Notes under the pieces: model-generated | The model's database searches: none | Seen by the model: only the letters and a program-made list of their open reading frames with translations | What the model was told of the DNA's origin: nothing | In this document: piece by piece, positions 1 to 7,965 of the stretch | Numbering within the stretch: the stretch's first letter is position 1 | Layout of the letters: the number at the start of each line of letters is the position of its first letter | Source: a virus | Reading direction: 5' to 3' (one strand) | Length of the DNA stretch: 64,000 bases | IMG/VR virus record: IMGVR_UViG_3300045988_145476 | Translations under genes and position numbers: made by a program

Positions 1-855
1 CAACTCTATGATTTCGGTATCAGAGAAATGCTTGTATCATTCTTTTATATAAAGAAAAACCCCTCTTACTATGATAAGATGCTCCCTCTCCTTAAAAAGG
101 AAGGGGGTATCTTTATGACAGACTCCGGAGCCTTCTCCTTTATGGCTAAGTTCCGTGAAGACTCTCCCGAATACAAGGATTCCGTATATGAAAAATTCTG
201 GATACCCTATCTTGAAGAATATGTAGCGTGGATACGTGCCCATAAGGACTATATATTTTCCGCTGCCAATCTTGACTTGGATACTATTGTCGGTAGGGAT
301 GTGGTTGATAAGTGGAATAAGGAATATTTTGAACCCCTTGAACGTGAGGGCATCCAGATTGTGTATGTTGCACACTGGGATGAAGATATTGATAAGACCG
401 GTTTACGCAGACTTGAGGAGTACTTGCAAAAATACCGATATGTAGGTATCAATCAAAATCATAAACAGTGGGCATCCCGTATCTACCAACTGGTGAAAAA
501 GTACCGGCGTAGAATACATGGTTTCGCTTGGACGGAGTTTGATTTGCTAAAGCATTACCCGTTTTTTTCTGTGGATTCCGTTACATGGTTGGGTGGTGTT
601 CGATTCGGTACAACGTATAATTATGACGGAAAGAATTTCAGCACTATTGACTACAAGCATAAATACCGGAGAAAGGCCAATCGTCTTAAATATGAAAGTA
701 GGGGAATTGACTATGAGGGAATAAAAAGTGAGAAACGTGTCCCTATTAATCAAATGAACCTAATCGGTTGGTTAGGGTTTAGAAAAGAATACCTGCGTAT
801 GGCAAATTTAAAACTTCACACCAGAGTAGTAGGTGATTATGAGAGAAAGTTGTAG
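1..855 (+). CDS. dpdA: DpdA-like 7-deazaguanine transglycosylase (TGT superfamily); 5' end lies outside the window
   Basis: The frame is open from nt 1, with no stop before the listed Met at 28. 'IFMTDSGAFSFM' resembles the DSGGF/DSGAF substrate motif of tRNA-guanine transglycosylase and phage DpdA proteins. queE lies 1.7 kb downstream. Confidence 0.65.
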   Translation, partial: QLYDFGIREMLVSFFYIKKNPSYYDKMLPLLKKEGGIFMTDSGAFSFMAKFREDSPEYKDSVYEKFWIPYLEEYVAWIRAHKDYIFSAANLDLDTIVGRDVVDKWNKEYFEPLEREGIQIVYVAHWDEDIDKTGLRRLEEYLQKYRYVGINQNHKQWASRIYQLVKKYRRRIHGFAWTEFDLLKHYPFFSVDSVTWLGGVRFGTTYNYDGKNFSTIDYKHKYRRKANRLKYESRGIDYEGIKSEKRVPINQMNLIGWLGFRKEYLRMANLKLHTRVVGDYERKL

Positions 856-904
856 ATTTGCTTTCATTTTAGTATATTTGAATAATCATTGAAACGTAAA
901 CCGC

Positions 905-1660
905 ATGGAAACCAGTATTAAAAAACGGATTGATATTGTAAAAGCAACCAGTGATTATGAGACTTTAAAAACTCACCTATGCTCATTCTTTGAGAAAGGG
1001 GATTGCCCCGATTGTGTAGGTTGTCGAAAAGCAGAATCCGATATAGACGATTGTCGTTCTTATTATCTTGAACGTATAGTTATTCATCCTATGGATATTT
1101 GGCGTGAAGAGTTCGATACGATAAAAGTTCTTTCTCGTGATAAAGTCGCTGTTGAGGATATTGTCGGTATCGGAGTAAGTTGTGACAGATGCTATATGTA
1201 TGATAAATGCCCGTTATACAAGAAAGGGTATGTGTGCGCAATTGATTGGGGTTCTTCAAGACCTACCAGCCCTAAAGCATTTTATGACTTTCTTGTTGAC
1301 TTGCAATATGAACGAGTACAACGGGCAGCAATATTTGAGAAAGTAGACGGTGGTGTTGCGGACGGTAACTTATCCAATGAGATTGACCGTTTGACTGACC
1401 TTATAGAATCACAAGCCAATCTTAATCGGGAACGATTGAACATCAATATCGAGGCTTCGGGTTCTGCTACTGCCCCCGCTACCGGCGGTGGTCTTCTTTC
1501 CCGAATATTCGGAAGCGGTTCTCCTACACCTGCGGTAGAAGAAAAGAAAACAATCGAAATACCGGCAACTCCGTCTTCACGGGAAGATATTGCCGAAGTA
1601 GCCGAAATAATTGAGGAACCCGAAAAAGTAAAGGTTCCCCGTAAACGTAAGAGCGTATGA
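905..1660 (+). CDS. hypothetical Cys-rich protein with low-complexity acidic C-terminus
   Basis: 251-aa ATG ORF. Clustered Cys pairs (CPDCVGC, CDRCYMYDKC). No family recognised. Confidence 0.55.
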   Translation: METSIKKRIDIVKATSDYETLKTHLCSFFEKGDCPDCVGCRKAESDIDDCRSYYLERIVIHPMDIWREEFDTIKVLSRDKVAVEDIVGIGVSCDRCYMYDKCPLYKKGYVCAIDWGSSRPTSPKAFYDFLVDLQYERVQRAAIFEKVDGGVADGNLSNEIDRLTDLIESQANLNRERLNINIEASGSATAPATGGGLLSRIFGSGSPTPAVEEKKTIEIPATPSSREDIAEVAEIIEEPEKVKVPRKRKSV

Positions 1661-1977
1661 CAACAGTAAAGAAACATCTTCGGAAAAGGAAAAACAAGAA
1701 ATCGGTAGTCCGTAGTTATGTCCGTAAAGACAGAACTCACCGTATCGTGAACGGTGAAAGACAAGTATATGTAGACCATTTCTGGAAACATGACGACTAT
1801 CCCAATGCTCCTAAGCCGGGCTGGTCGTATGAACATTTGATGAAAGAACGCAATAAATTACAGCGTGACTTATCCGAAGGTCTTTCCGGCGCACAAACGC
1901 TTCCCCCTCGTAAATACGGGTTATTAACTCGACGTATCAGAAAGATAAATCGTATCTTAAAATCGAAAGGACGTTAG
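1657..1977 (+). CDS. small highly basic protein, member of the shared N-terminal motif family
   Basis: ATGA overlap with the upstream stop. The N-terminus MTTVKKHLRKRKNKKSVVRSYVRKD is nearly the same as that of the ORF at 46258 (MTTVKTHKRKGRNRVSVVRQHNRKD). Confidence 0.6.
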   Translation: MTTVKKHLRKRKNKKSVVRSYVRKDRTHRIVNGERQVYVDHFWKHDDYPNAPKPGWSYEHLMKERNKLQRDLSEGLSGAQTLPPRKYGLLTRRIRKINRILKSKGR

Positions 1978-2045
1978 TATGAGAAAAAAACCTCGTTCTT
2001 TCCATTTATCGAAATACAGAAAGAAACCAACTAAATGTACTCATT

Positions 2046-2522
2046 ATGGAACACAGAAAGATGCAAGACAGTCCGACAGGACTTCCTGCCCACCTTGAAA
2101 AATCTTTGGTGGGTTCGACTATCGAATATTCGTTCGGTAAGAAAGTAAGTTCGGCGCTCTCTATTTCCGGAAATATTGATGCTGCTAAAGAGAGGATTAG
2201 AGAAAACGTAAAATTGGCCCATTCAGTTCAGGGTATTTATTGCGTGACGCTTCTCGGAGAAATGACCGCCTATTACCGGAATGAGATTTATTACATGGCG
2301 GTTAGAAGCTGTATAGAAATGAGACGGTTTAGAATACCCGTTCTTGAATACCTAAACCTTTCCGTTTCCGAACGTGCCGAAAGACTTTGTGACTTATTAT
2401 CTAAGTCCAAACATCGTGAACTGGTGATAGAAGCTCTCAGATACTTTCTGCTTATCTATCCTAACAGAACATCTTCATTTAAAAAGTATCTCTCACGAGA
2501 AGAATACATAACCGTAGCATAA
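2046..2522 (+). CDS. hypothetical protein
   Basis: 158-aa ATG ORF ending 2 nt before the queE start. No motif recognised. Confidence 0.5.
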   Translation: MEHRKMQDSPTGLPAHLEKSLVGSTIEYSFGKKVSSALSISGNIDAAKERIRENVKLAHSVQGIYCVTLLGEMTAYYRNEIYYMAVRSCIEMRRFRIPVLEYLNLSVSERAERLCDLLSKSKHRELVIEALRYFLLIYPNRTSSFKKYLSREEYITVA

Positions 2523-2523
2523 T

Positions 2524-3243
2524 ATGGAAAAAAGAAAATTAATGGTGAATACCATCTACCCAGCATTTATGGGGGAAGTAAATTTATTAGGTATAGGTGC
2601 TCCATGCACCTTTGTTCGTTTATCCGGGTGTAATCTCCGTTGTTACAAAAACACTATGGGAACCTTGTGTGATACGCCCGAAGCTCTTGAATTAAAGTGC
2701 GGGAAACCTATGAGTGTTGACGAGATTATCATGCAGCTCGACAAGTATGCAGAACGCCCTATTATTTGTCTTACTGGCGGTGAACCGCTTATGCAAGATG
2801 TGGCCGAATTACTGGAAGAGTTATCCAGTAAAGGTTATGTCGTCATTGTAGAAACAAACGGAAGTATCAGTATCGCTCCATATAAGCATATAAAGAATGT
2901 GTATTTCGTGGTTGACTGTAAGAGCGAAAGTTCCGGAGAGCATCTTCGTATGTTTGAGACCAACTATAAAGTCATGGGTAAAGGCGATTATCTTAAATTT
3001 GTTATCAATGACGAGCTTGACTACTATGGTATGCGCAAGTGGATAATAGAGCATCCGGATTTTAGAGGTAATGTTGCGGTAGGGCTTTTTTGGGGGAGTG
3101 AACTCTCCTATAAGGAACTTATGAACTCCTTACGTGAAGACCGTCTTAATGTGTACGTAAATATGCAGACGCATAAAATGACTTGTTTGTATGACGAGCA
3201 CAGTGGTGAGCTAAGTAAGCTAATTATTCCCAAAGATTTGTAA
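2524..3243 (+). CDS. queE: 7-carboxy-7-deazaguanine synthase (radical SAM, QueE-like)
   Basis: N-terminal Cys cluster 'SGCNLRCYKNTMGTLCDTPEA', the SAM-binding 'LTGGEPL' motif and a ~240-aa size are typical of QueE. Confidence 0.8.
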   Translation: MEKRKLMVNTIYPAFMGEVNLLGIGAPCTFVRLSGCNLRCYKNTMGTLCDTPEALELKCGKPMSVDEIIMQLDKYAERPIICLTGGEPLMQDVAELLEELSSKGYVVIVETNGSISIAPYKHIKNVYFVVDCKSESSGEHLRMFETNYKVMGKGDYLKFVINDELDYYGMRKWIIEHPDFRGNVAVGLFWGSELSYKELMNSLREDRLNVYVNMQTHKMTCLYDEHSGELSKLIIPKDL

Positions 3244-3267
3244 TTCTGAAATTTATTTGTACCTTTG
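3237..3267 (+). promoter_or_regulatory. Bacteroides-type promoter (TTTG-N19-TAccTTTG)
   Basis: TTTG at 3237-3240 and TACCTTTG at 3260-3267, about 58 nt upstream of the ATG at 3325. Confidence 0.5.
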
Positions 3268-3324
3268 AGACGTTTCTAAGAATGGTTGAACAACCCGATA
3301 TGTAGAACTTTTAAATTAAACGAA

Positions 3325-3558
3325 ATGGCTAAAATTACTGAACTGGTTATCTTGAACCCCTCGGACAAGACACGTATGTATGCAGTGTCAACCGGAAAAG
3401 GTGCTCCCGCCGATGCAGACGATGTTATTGTTACCAATGTGCGTGATTTCCCAGTCGGCTCCCAGTACACCGACTTGACAGGTAAGAAATTCTTCGTACG
3501 AGTAGCAGTTGACAAAGCCGTTGCCGATTGGAAAGAAATCGGTGGTGCTGCCGGCTGA
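3325..3558 (+). CDS. small hypothetical protein in its own promoter-to-terminator unit
   Basis: I prefer the ATG at 3325 (MAKITELV...) over the TTG at 3286 used by the ORF track. A consensus promoter lies upstream and a strong terminator downstream. Confidence 0.55.
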   Translation: MAKITELVILNPSDKTRMYAVSTGKGAPADADDVIVTNVRDFPVGSQYTDLTGKKFFVRVAVDKAVADWKEIGGAAG

Positions 3559-3570
3559 TAACTGAGAATT

Positions 3571-3604
3571 AAAAGGCAGTCCCTAAAAACGACTGCCTTT
3601 TTTC
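3571..3604. terminator. rho-independent terminator, potentially bidirectional
   Basis: Perfect 9-bp stem AAGGCAGTC (3573-3581) / GACTGCCTT (3591-3599) with a 9-nt loop. It is followed by a T-run and preceded by an A-run. Confidence 0.7.
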
Positions 3605-3618
3605 AAGCCCTTTCCATT

Positions 3619-3990
3619 ATGAAGATACTTTGCCAGATTATCCGTTTATATGTTCCTTTTATGTGTACCGTTCTTGGTTTGGTACACGGAATATTGTTTT
3701 TCACTCACCAACTAACAGATGAACGCATTTATTTGTTGTCGGCTCTTTTCTCTATGCTGGTTTCCCTGTATATTGTAGCCACTTCAAGAAAAATGTGCAG
3801 ATGGTATAAGCTCAATACCCTGTTTTTGTCAATCATCCAACTACTGGGTATCGTGTATTTTATTTCCGACCTTACAGAGGTAAGTTACTTCTATTTAACC
3901 ACCTTATTTTCCGCTACCGGAGTATTTTGTTTTCTTGTCTACCGGATTACAAAGACGGTTTTGTATATTCGCAGACGTTTAGTAGGATAA
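3619..3990 (+). CDS. integral membrane protein (3-4 predicted TM helices)
   Basis: 123-aa ATG ORF with several long hydrophobic stretches (VLGLVHGILFF, LLSALFSMLVSLYIV, LFLSIIQLLGIVYFI, TGVFCFLVY). Confidence 0.55.
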   Translation: MKILCQIIRLYVPFMCTVLGLVHGILFFTHQLTDERIYLLSALFSMLVSLYIVATSRKMCRWYKLNTLFLSIIQLLGIVYFISDLTEVSYFYLTTLFSATGVFCFLVYRITKTVLYIRRRLVG

Positions 3991-4253
3991 GAATTGCTCC
4001 TATACCCACCTCTCTTATTGCAGCCATAGAAAAGTGTTTCTTGTTCAAGTGCAATGTAGAGCAACACGACCTCTTTGTCGTTTCTCAGACTATTCCTTTC
4101 CCTTACATTTCTTAGGTGATTGTTCACTGTATGCGGAGAAATACATAGCTTCTCTGCAATTTCCTTTTCTGTATAGCCTTGCGCTAATAATTCCACAGCT
4201 CTTAATTCAGATGTAGAAAATGGCGTTTTTACGCTATTGGTTTGATTTTTCAT
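3939..4253 (-). CDS. LuxR/GerE-type helix-turn-helix transcriptional regulator
   Basis: 'TSELRAVELLAQGYTEKEIAEKLCISPHTVNNHLRNV' matches the GerE/LuxR C-terminal HTH signature. This is the only convincing minus-strand gene in the window. Its 3' end overlaps the 3' end of 3619-3990 by 52 nt. Confidence 0.75.
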   Translation of the reverse strand: MKNQTNSVKTPFSTSELRAVELLAQGYTEKEIAEKLCISPHTVNNHLRNVRERNSLRNDKEVVLLYIALEQETLFYGCNKRGGYRSNSYPTKRLRIYKTVFVIR

Positions 4254-4259
4254 AGCCTT

Positions 4260-4283
4260 TATCTTTGCATTATCGCAAAAGTA
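4260..4283. promoter_or_regulatory. pair of interleaved -7 boxes for divergent transcription
   Basis: TATCTTTG on + at 4260-4267. CAAAAGTA at 4276-4283 reads TACTTTTG on the minus strand, 23 nt upstream of the LuxR start codon. No good -33 box was seen for either. Confidence 0.4.
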
Positions 4284-4330
4284 ACAAATTCGTAGAAATA
4301 TTGTTCGGAAATAATTTGAAAAGTAAAACT

Positions 4331-4636
4331 ATGGGAATAAAGGAAATGTACTATGATATTCTACGCATTGTGGAAGAAGTAACAGGAGTTACCGCAAAGG
4401 AGATGCTTACTTCCAATGCGGAAGAAAATGTGGATGCCCGACACATACTTGTGTATGTACTGGGTAATCGTGGTTTCTCTGATAACAAAATTGCGGAATT
4501 GACCGGACTTACACGCCCGTCTATTAATGTGATACGGAATAATTTCAAATACAGGAAGAAACGGTATTTCGTGAACCTTAATTATCAGGAAGTTTACCAC
4601 CGTGTATTTTCAAGTAAAGAAATAGTAGAGAATTAG
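4331..4636 (+). CDS. DnaA C-terminal-domain-like HTH protein
   Basis: I prefer the ATG at 4331 over the TTG at 4265. 'VDARHILVYVLGNRGFSDNKIAELTGLTRPSINVIRNNF' resembles the DnaA domain IV pattern (ARQIAMYL...IG..FG.RDHSTV). Confidence 0.5.
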   Translation: MGIKEMYYDILRIVEEVTGVTAKEMLTSNAEENVDARHILVYVLGNRGFSDNKIAELTGLTRPSINVIRNNFKYRKKRYFVNLNYQEVYHRVFSSKEIVEN

Positions 4637-4744
4637 TGTCGGGATAGTAGCGTATTTCTTCTCCGTCTACCGATTATTGGAGAACTTTGAAGCAATTCCC
4701 GTAGAGGGGAAGAAACCAAATTTATTACTATAATTTCTATTGTT

Positions 4745-5245
4745 ATGACAGCAGAAGAATTAATGACCGTTGTTAACATGAACAAGGGTACGGACATGAG
4801 TTCCTACGAACATTTTGCAGTTGCCGAGAAGTCTGCACGCAGACCTTCGGGAGTTGGTATCGCTGGTTTGGCAATCGGTTCTACCGCTTTGCTCGCAGCT
4901 ATCGGTGCTTGGATTTTCGGTGGCGTTTATGCCAACGCACAGAGTAAAGGCAACCAACGTGCAATTGATATTCTTGCTACGACTGCTTTGGCAGAACGTA
5001 ACGAACGTATCACTACACAGAACGGTCAGATGCCGAGCAATCTGGATATTATCCGCATCATTACGAACGCTCAAAGCGGTGCCGGCGCTGGTGCTAATGC
5101 AAGTGCTCTTGCACAGGCAGAAGCTCTCGCTCTGTTGCTGAACGGTGGCGGTTCTCGTAACGGTCAGGTAAATCCTCAGCCCGTAGCATTGTATCAACCG
5201 GCTATGCCGTGTTGCTGCAATACCGGATGTGGTTGCAACGGCTAA
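4745..5245 (+). CDS. membrane-anchored protein with Gly/Ala-rich region and Cys-cluster C-terminus
   Basis: 166 aa. One TM segment (GVGIAGLAIGSTALLAAIGAWIFGGVYA). The C-terminus ends ...MPCCCNTGCGCNG. Confidence 0.6.
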   Translation: MTAEELMTVVNMNKGTDMSSYEHFAVAEKSARRPSGVGIAGLAIGSTALLAAIGAWIFGGVYANAQSKGNQRAIDILATTALAERNERITTQNGQMPSNLDIIRIITNAQSGAGAGANASALAQAEALALLLNGGGSRNGQVNPQPVALYQPAMPCCCNTGCGCNG

Positions 5246-5256
5246 GAGCCATTATC

Positions 5257-5290
5257 GAGGGGGTCTGTAAAGGGACTCCCTCTCTTTCAC
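5257..5290 (+). terminator. putative terminator hairpin
   Basis: GAGGGGGTC (5257-5265) pairs with GACTCCCTC (5274-5282), giving 9 bp including one G-U pair. A T-rich tail TCTTTC follows. It starts 12 nt after the stop at 5245. Confidence 0.45.
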
Positions 5291-5305
5291 TAAAATTGGA
5301 AAACT

Positions 5306-5659
5306 ATGTTTTGGAACAAAAATCAAATTAATGTGGAAGCGATGAAGAACATTAGGACTACAAGTAAGCTATCTCTCAAATTCTCTTGTTACGCTATATG
5401 TAAAGGAGACGTTGAAAAGGCGGAACAACTCTATGACTATTTCGCCAAAGATATGCAGTTACCGGATGTAGACCCTATTAGTCCTACCACGTTTCAACAA
5501 GTAAAAGATACTGCGGGAACGTTGTTCGGTTGGTTTAAGGAAAATCGGGATGATGTAGTACAAGCATTTAACTTCGTACAGTCACTACGAAAGGGACAAC
5601 CGATTATCACAACTCCCTCAGCCCCTATTGAATCTATTCCACCACTACCAAATGAATAA
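5306..5659 (+). CDS. hypothetical protein
   Basis: 117-aa ATG ORF. No motif recognised. Confidence 0.5.
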   Translation: MFWNKNQINVEAMKNIRTTSKLSLKFSCYAICKGDVEKAEQLYDYFAKDMQLPDVDPISPTTFQQVKDTAGTLFGWFKENRDDVVQAFNFVQSLRKGQPIITTPSAPIESIPPLPNE

Positions 5660-5664
5660 AAGCC

Positions 5665-5871
5665 ATGCAAGTATTTGAGATGCCAATATACATTTACGCT
5701 GACAATCAGCAGGAAGTAGACGAATGTCGTAAAGCGGTAATATCTTTCATAGATGAAAATCGTGCGGAAGGTCGTGCGGTTACTGCTAAGAAACTTTCAA
5801 CGGCCTTATCCCACTGGAAAGATAACATGTTGGTAAAGGCGGGTATTATAAACTTTTTAAATAAACAATGA
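5665..5871 (+). CDS. hypothetical protein
   Basis: 68-aa ATG ORF, tightly packed, with an ATGA overlap to the next gene. Confidence 0.45.
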   Translation: MQVFEMPIYIYADNQQEVDECRKAVISFIDENRAEGRAVTAKKLSTALSHWKDNMLVKAGIINFLNKQ

Positions 5872-6107
5872 TTATGGCTAAAACTGGATGTGATAAAAAT
5901 TGCAGCACTTGTGACATTGGAAACAGAGCTTTCTGCGCTGTGCAATTGGGTCTGAAAAATCAAGAGCTTCTTCTTAACGTGCAGAATACGGTACAAGCCC
6001 TTATAGGTGTACTCGCTCCGTTACTCCCTGCACAAGATGCTGCCCCTATATCACCAATTCCGGGTGGTGAAGAAGTGAAAGTCCCGGAGCAAAAAACAAA
6101 ATCTTAA
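5868..6107 (+). CDS. small Cys-rich hypothetical protein
   Basis: 79 aa. N-terminus 'GCDKNCSTCDIGNRAFC', Pro-rich tail. Confidence 0.45.
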   Translation: MIMAKTGCDKNCSTCDIGNRAFCAVQLGLKNQELLLNVQNTVQALIGVLAPLLPAQDAAPISPIPGGEEVKVPEQKTKS

Positions 6108-6119
6108 TAGAATACAGTT

Positions 6120-6560
6120 ATGATTAATGTAACGCCTATTGCTATTGCGGCTACCTCACAGCAGTATGCAGTGAGTATAACCGAGAACTTGTGCCAATGC
6201 TACTGCTTGAACGCAGACATTCAGCCACAAGCAGATGTGAAGTTCTCCATTGCTTCACAGCAAGTTGTTAATGGAATGACCTACATCACCGTTCTCGCTA
6301 AGGGTAGTATTACCTATATGCCGAGAAATGCGGGTAGATGCTGCTGCAAACCTCTTACAAAGATGTTTGCTGAAACATTCGATATTATCTTCGACACAGC
6401 CGAAACCGCAGCTCCGACACTTACTGTTGGAACTACCGTTGAAAGTCCGGCAAATGTGAAGTGTAATGGGAATGTGTTCGCTTACAACTTATTGACACCC
6501 GTAACCATAGCTTTTGCGGCTACTCCCTCTGAGGCTGCGGTTGCGAAGACTAATAAGTAA
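6120..6560 (+). CDS. hypothetical protein with CQCYC and CCC motifs
   Basis: 146-aa ATG ORF containing 'LCQCYCLN' and 'GRCCCKP'. Confidence 0.5.
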   Translation: MINVTPIAIAATSQQYAVSITENLCQCYCLNADIQPQADVKFSIASQQVVNGMTYITVLAKGSITYMPRNAGRCCCKPLTKMFAETFDIIFDTAETAAPTLTVGTTVESPANVKCNGNVFAYNLLTPVTIAFAATPSEAAVAKTNK

Positions 6561-6877
6561 TGTGGGACTTACTACTCATAATGCTAATAGCCGTCCTCTT
6601 TAATCATTTGGGGCTTGCGGATACGGTTACGTTTCATACGAAACGGAACGTGGTCTTGAACTGTTCCAAATGCTTGACTTTTTGGACGTCACTCGGATAC
6701 TCCCTACTGGTATTGCAGTGGGGATGTATTCCGGGTATTGCTGTTTCATTTACTCTATCCTATCTGGCATTATGGGTTGAACTCCTGCTAAATCTCCTCA
6801 ATTTAATTTATACAAAAACGTATGGCAAAATATATCCGTCCGAAACCGGCGAAAGGGATAGTTCCCAGACCGATTAA
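6560..6877 (+). CDS. small membrane protein (about 3 TM)
   Basis: 105 aa. The start overlaps the upstream stop (TAATG). Hydrophobic segments LLLIMLIAVLF, LGYSLLVLQWGCIPGIAVSF and LALWVELLLNLL. Confidence 0.5.
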   Translation: MWDLLLIMLIAVLFNHLGLADTVTFHTKRNVVLNCSKCLTFWTSLGYSLLVLQWGCIPGIAVSFTLSYLALWVELLLNLLNLIYTKTYGKIYPSETGERDSSQTD

Positions 6878-6904
6878 ATGCCCAAACTGTAAATAATTGA
6901 TGTT

Positions 6905-7426
6905 ATGGAAAAGAAAGAATTACTTGAAAAATTTTGTGCCCTCTATAATGAGGCTATCAATTCTGGCGATAAGGAAGACATTGAAGTATCATTGGGTATG
7001 TTTAAAAAAGCGTTCGGTATCTTGGTTGATACGAATGTTAGAGAAGCAAAAGAGCTTGTTGAGTGCTATGAAGGAACTTTGAAGTACTACAACTTCCTCA
7101 CAGAGTCAGAAGCCATGAAAGTGGTGGAGAATTTCTCCAATCAAGACGGTAGTGTCGGCCCGAAATGGAAAGACGTTACTGACTTCTTCAAACGCATTGA
7201 CGATATGAACGGGAAAGTTGAGTGTGAGCCGTACTATAATAAGTGGGCTTTGTACGTTGCCATGAATAAGGCATACTCCGACCAGAACACTGTTCTGCTT
7301 AAATGGGTAGGAGACGACCGTACTAAATACTTCGAGGCTTGCTATGACCTTGCACTCTCCCAGTTAAAGGACAAAGACCGTCCTTACTGGATACGCAGTT
7401 ACTACGGATTGAGTTCCAAAATCTGA
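6905..7426 (+). CDS. hypothetical protein
   Basis: 173-aa ATG ORF followed by a terminator hairpin. Confidence 0.55.
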   Translation: MEKKELLEKFCALYNEAINSGDKEDIEVSLGMFKKAFGILVDTNVREAKELVECYEGTLKYYNFLTESEAMKVVENFSNQDGSVGPKWKDVTDFFKRIDDMNGKVECEPYYNKWALYVAMNKAYSDQNTVLLKWVGDDRTKYFEACYDLALSQLKDKDRPYWIRSYYGLSSKI

Positions 7427-7447
7427 TAGTTACTTGGTGAAAGAGGA

Positions 7448-7480
7448 AAGGGAGACGCTAATAACGTTTCCCTTTTGTAT
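7448..7480 (+). terminator. rho-independent terminator
   Basis: AAGGGAGACG (7448-7457) pairs with CGTTTCCCTT (7465-7474), giving 10 bp with one G-U pair and a 7-nt loop. TTGTATTTT follows. Confidence 0.55.
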
Positions 7481-7489
7481 TTTCAGCCA

Positions 7490-7521
7490 TTTGGATGTTT
7501 CCTTGCTTTTTCGTATATTAG
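7490..7521 (+). promoter_or_regulatory. near-consensus Bacteroides-type promoter (TTTG-N20-TAtaTTaG)
   Basis: TTTG at 7490-7493 and TATATTAG at 7514-7521, with one mismatch to TAnnTTTG. Confidence 0.4.
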
Positions 7522-7530
7522 TGTATAAAA

Positions 7531-7550
7531 AATGAAATGAAATGAAATGA
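7531..7550 (+). repeat. pentanucleotide tandem repeat (AATGA)x4
   Basis: AATGAAATGAAATGAAATGA read directly. It sits between the putative promoter and the ATG at 7554. Confidence 0.95.
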
Positions 7551-7553
7551 ACT

Positions 7554-7961
7554 ATGGAACTTGCCATGCTTGTAGCTACCCAATTATCTCTAAACTTTTC
7601 GGACGCAGAAAAAATACTTTTCATAGTACGAAAAAGGAACTATGACGAAATACCCTATTTGCGAAGCCAAATTGATATTTCCCAGTTCTACGGAGAAATT
7701 CAGATTATAAACCCCTTGCAGGAACTTACAGATGACATACTGATAGGCGGTATGAACGGTTTACTTGACAGGATGGCGTTTGAAGACCTCATTGAAGAAG
7801 ACCTTACGTTCTATTCCCGTAAATGTAACGGGTTCGAGGTATTGTTTACCAAACGTATGGAAGAAATCGCCCTTTCCTCAAAAGCCCTTTCGGTAGTACG
7901 CTCTTGGGGCATCCCCAAATCAGACGGTGCAAGAGTTATTGAATGTGAACTAATAGACTAA
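7554..7961 (+). CDS. hypothetical protein
   Basis: 135-aa ATG ORF. Confidence 0.5.
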   Translation: MELAMLVATQLSLNFSDAEKILFIVRKRNYDEIPYLRSQIDISQFYGEIQIINPLQELTDDILIGGMNGLLDRMAFEDLIEEDLTFYSRKCNGFEVLFTKRMEEIALSSKALSVVRSWGIPKSDGARVIECELID

Positions 7962-7965
7962 GTAT

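Noticed and set aside
905-1660. Terminase small subunit.
   Set aside because: It has no recognisable HTH or TerS motif and lies 36 kb from terL. I left it as hypothetical. No TerS is identified in the window.
1979-2095. 38-aa very basic ATG ORF (MRKKPRSFHLSKYRKKPTKC...) overlapping the start of 2046-2522.
   Set aside because: It is too short and overlaps a longer ORF. I cannot tell which is real, so I kept the longer one.
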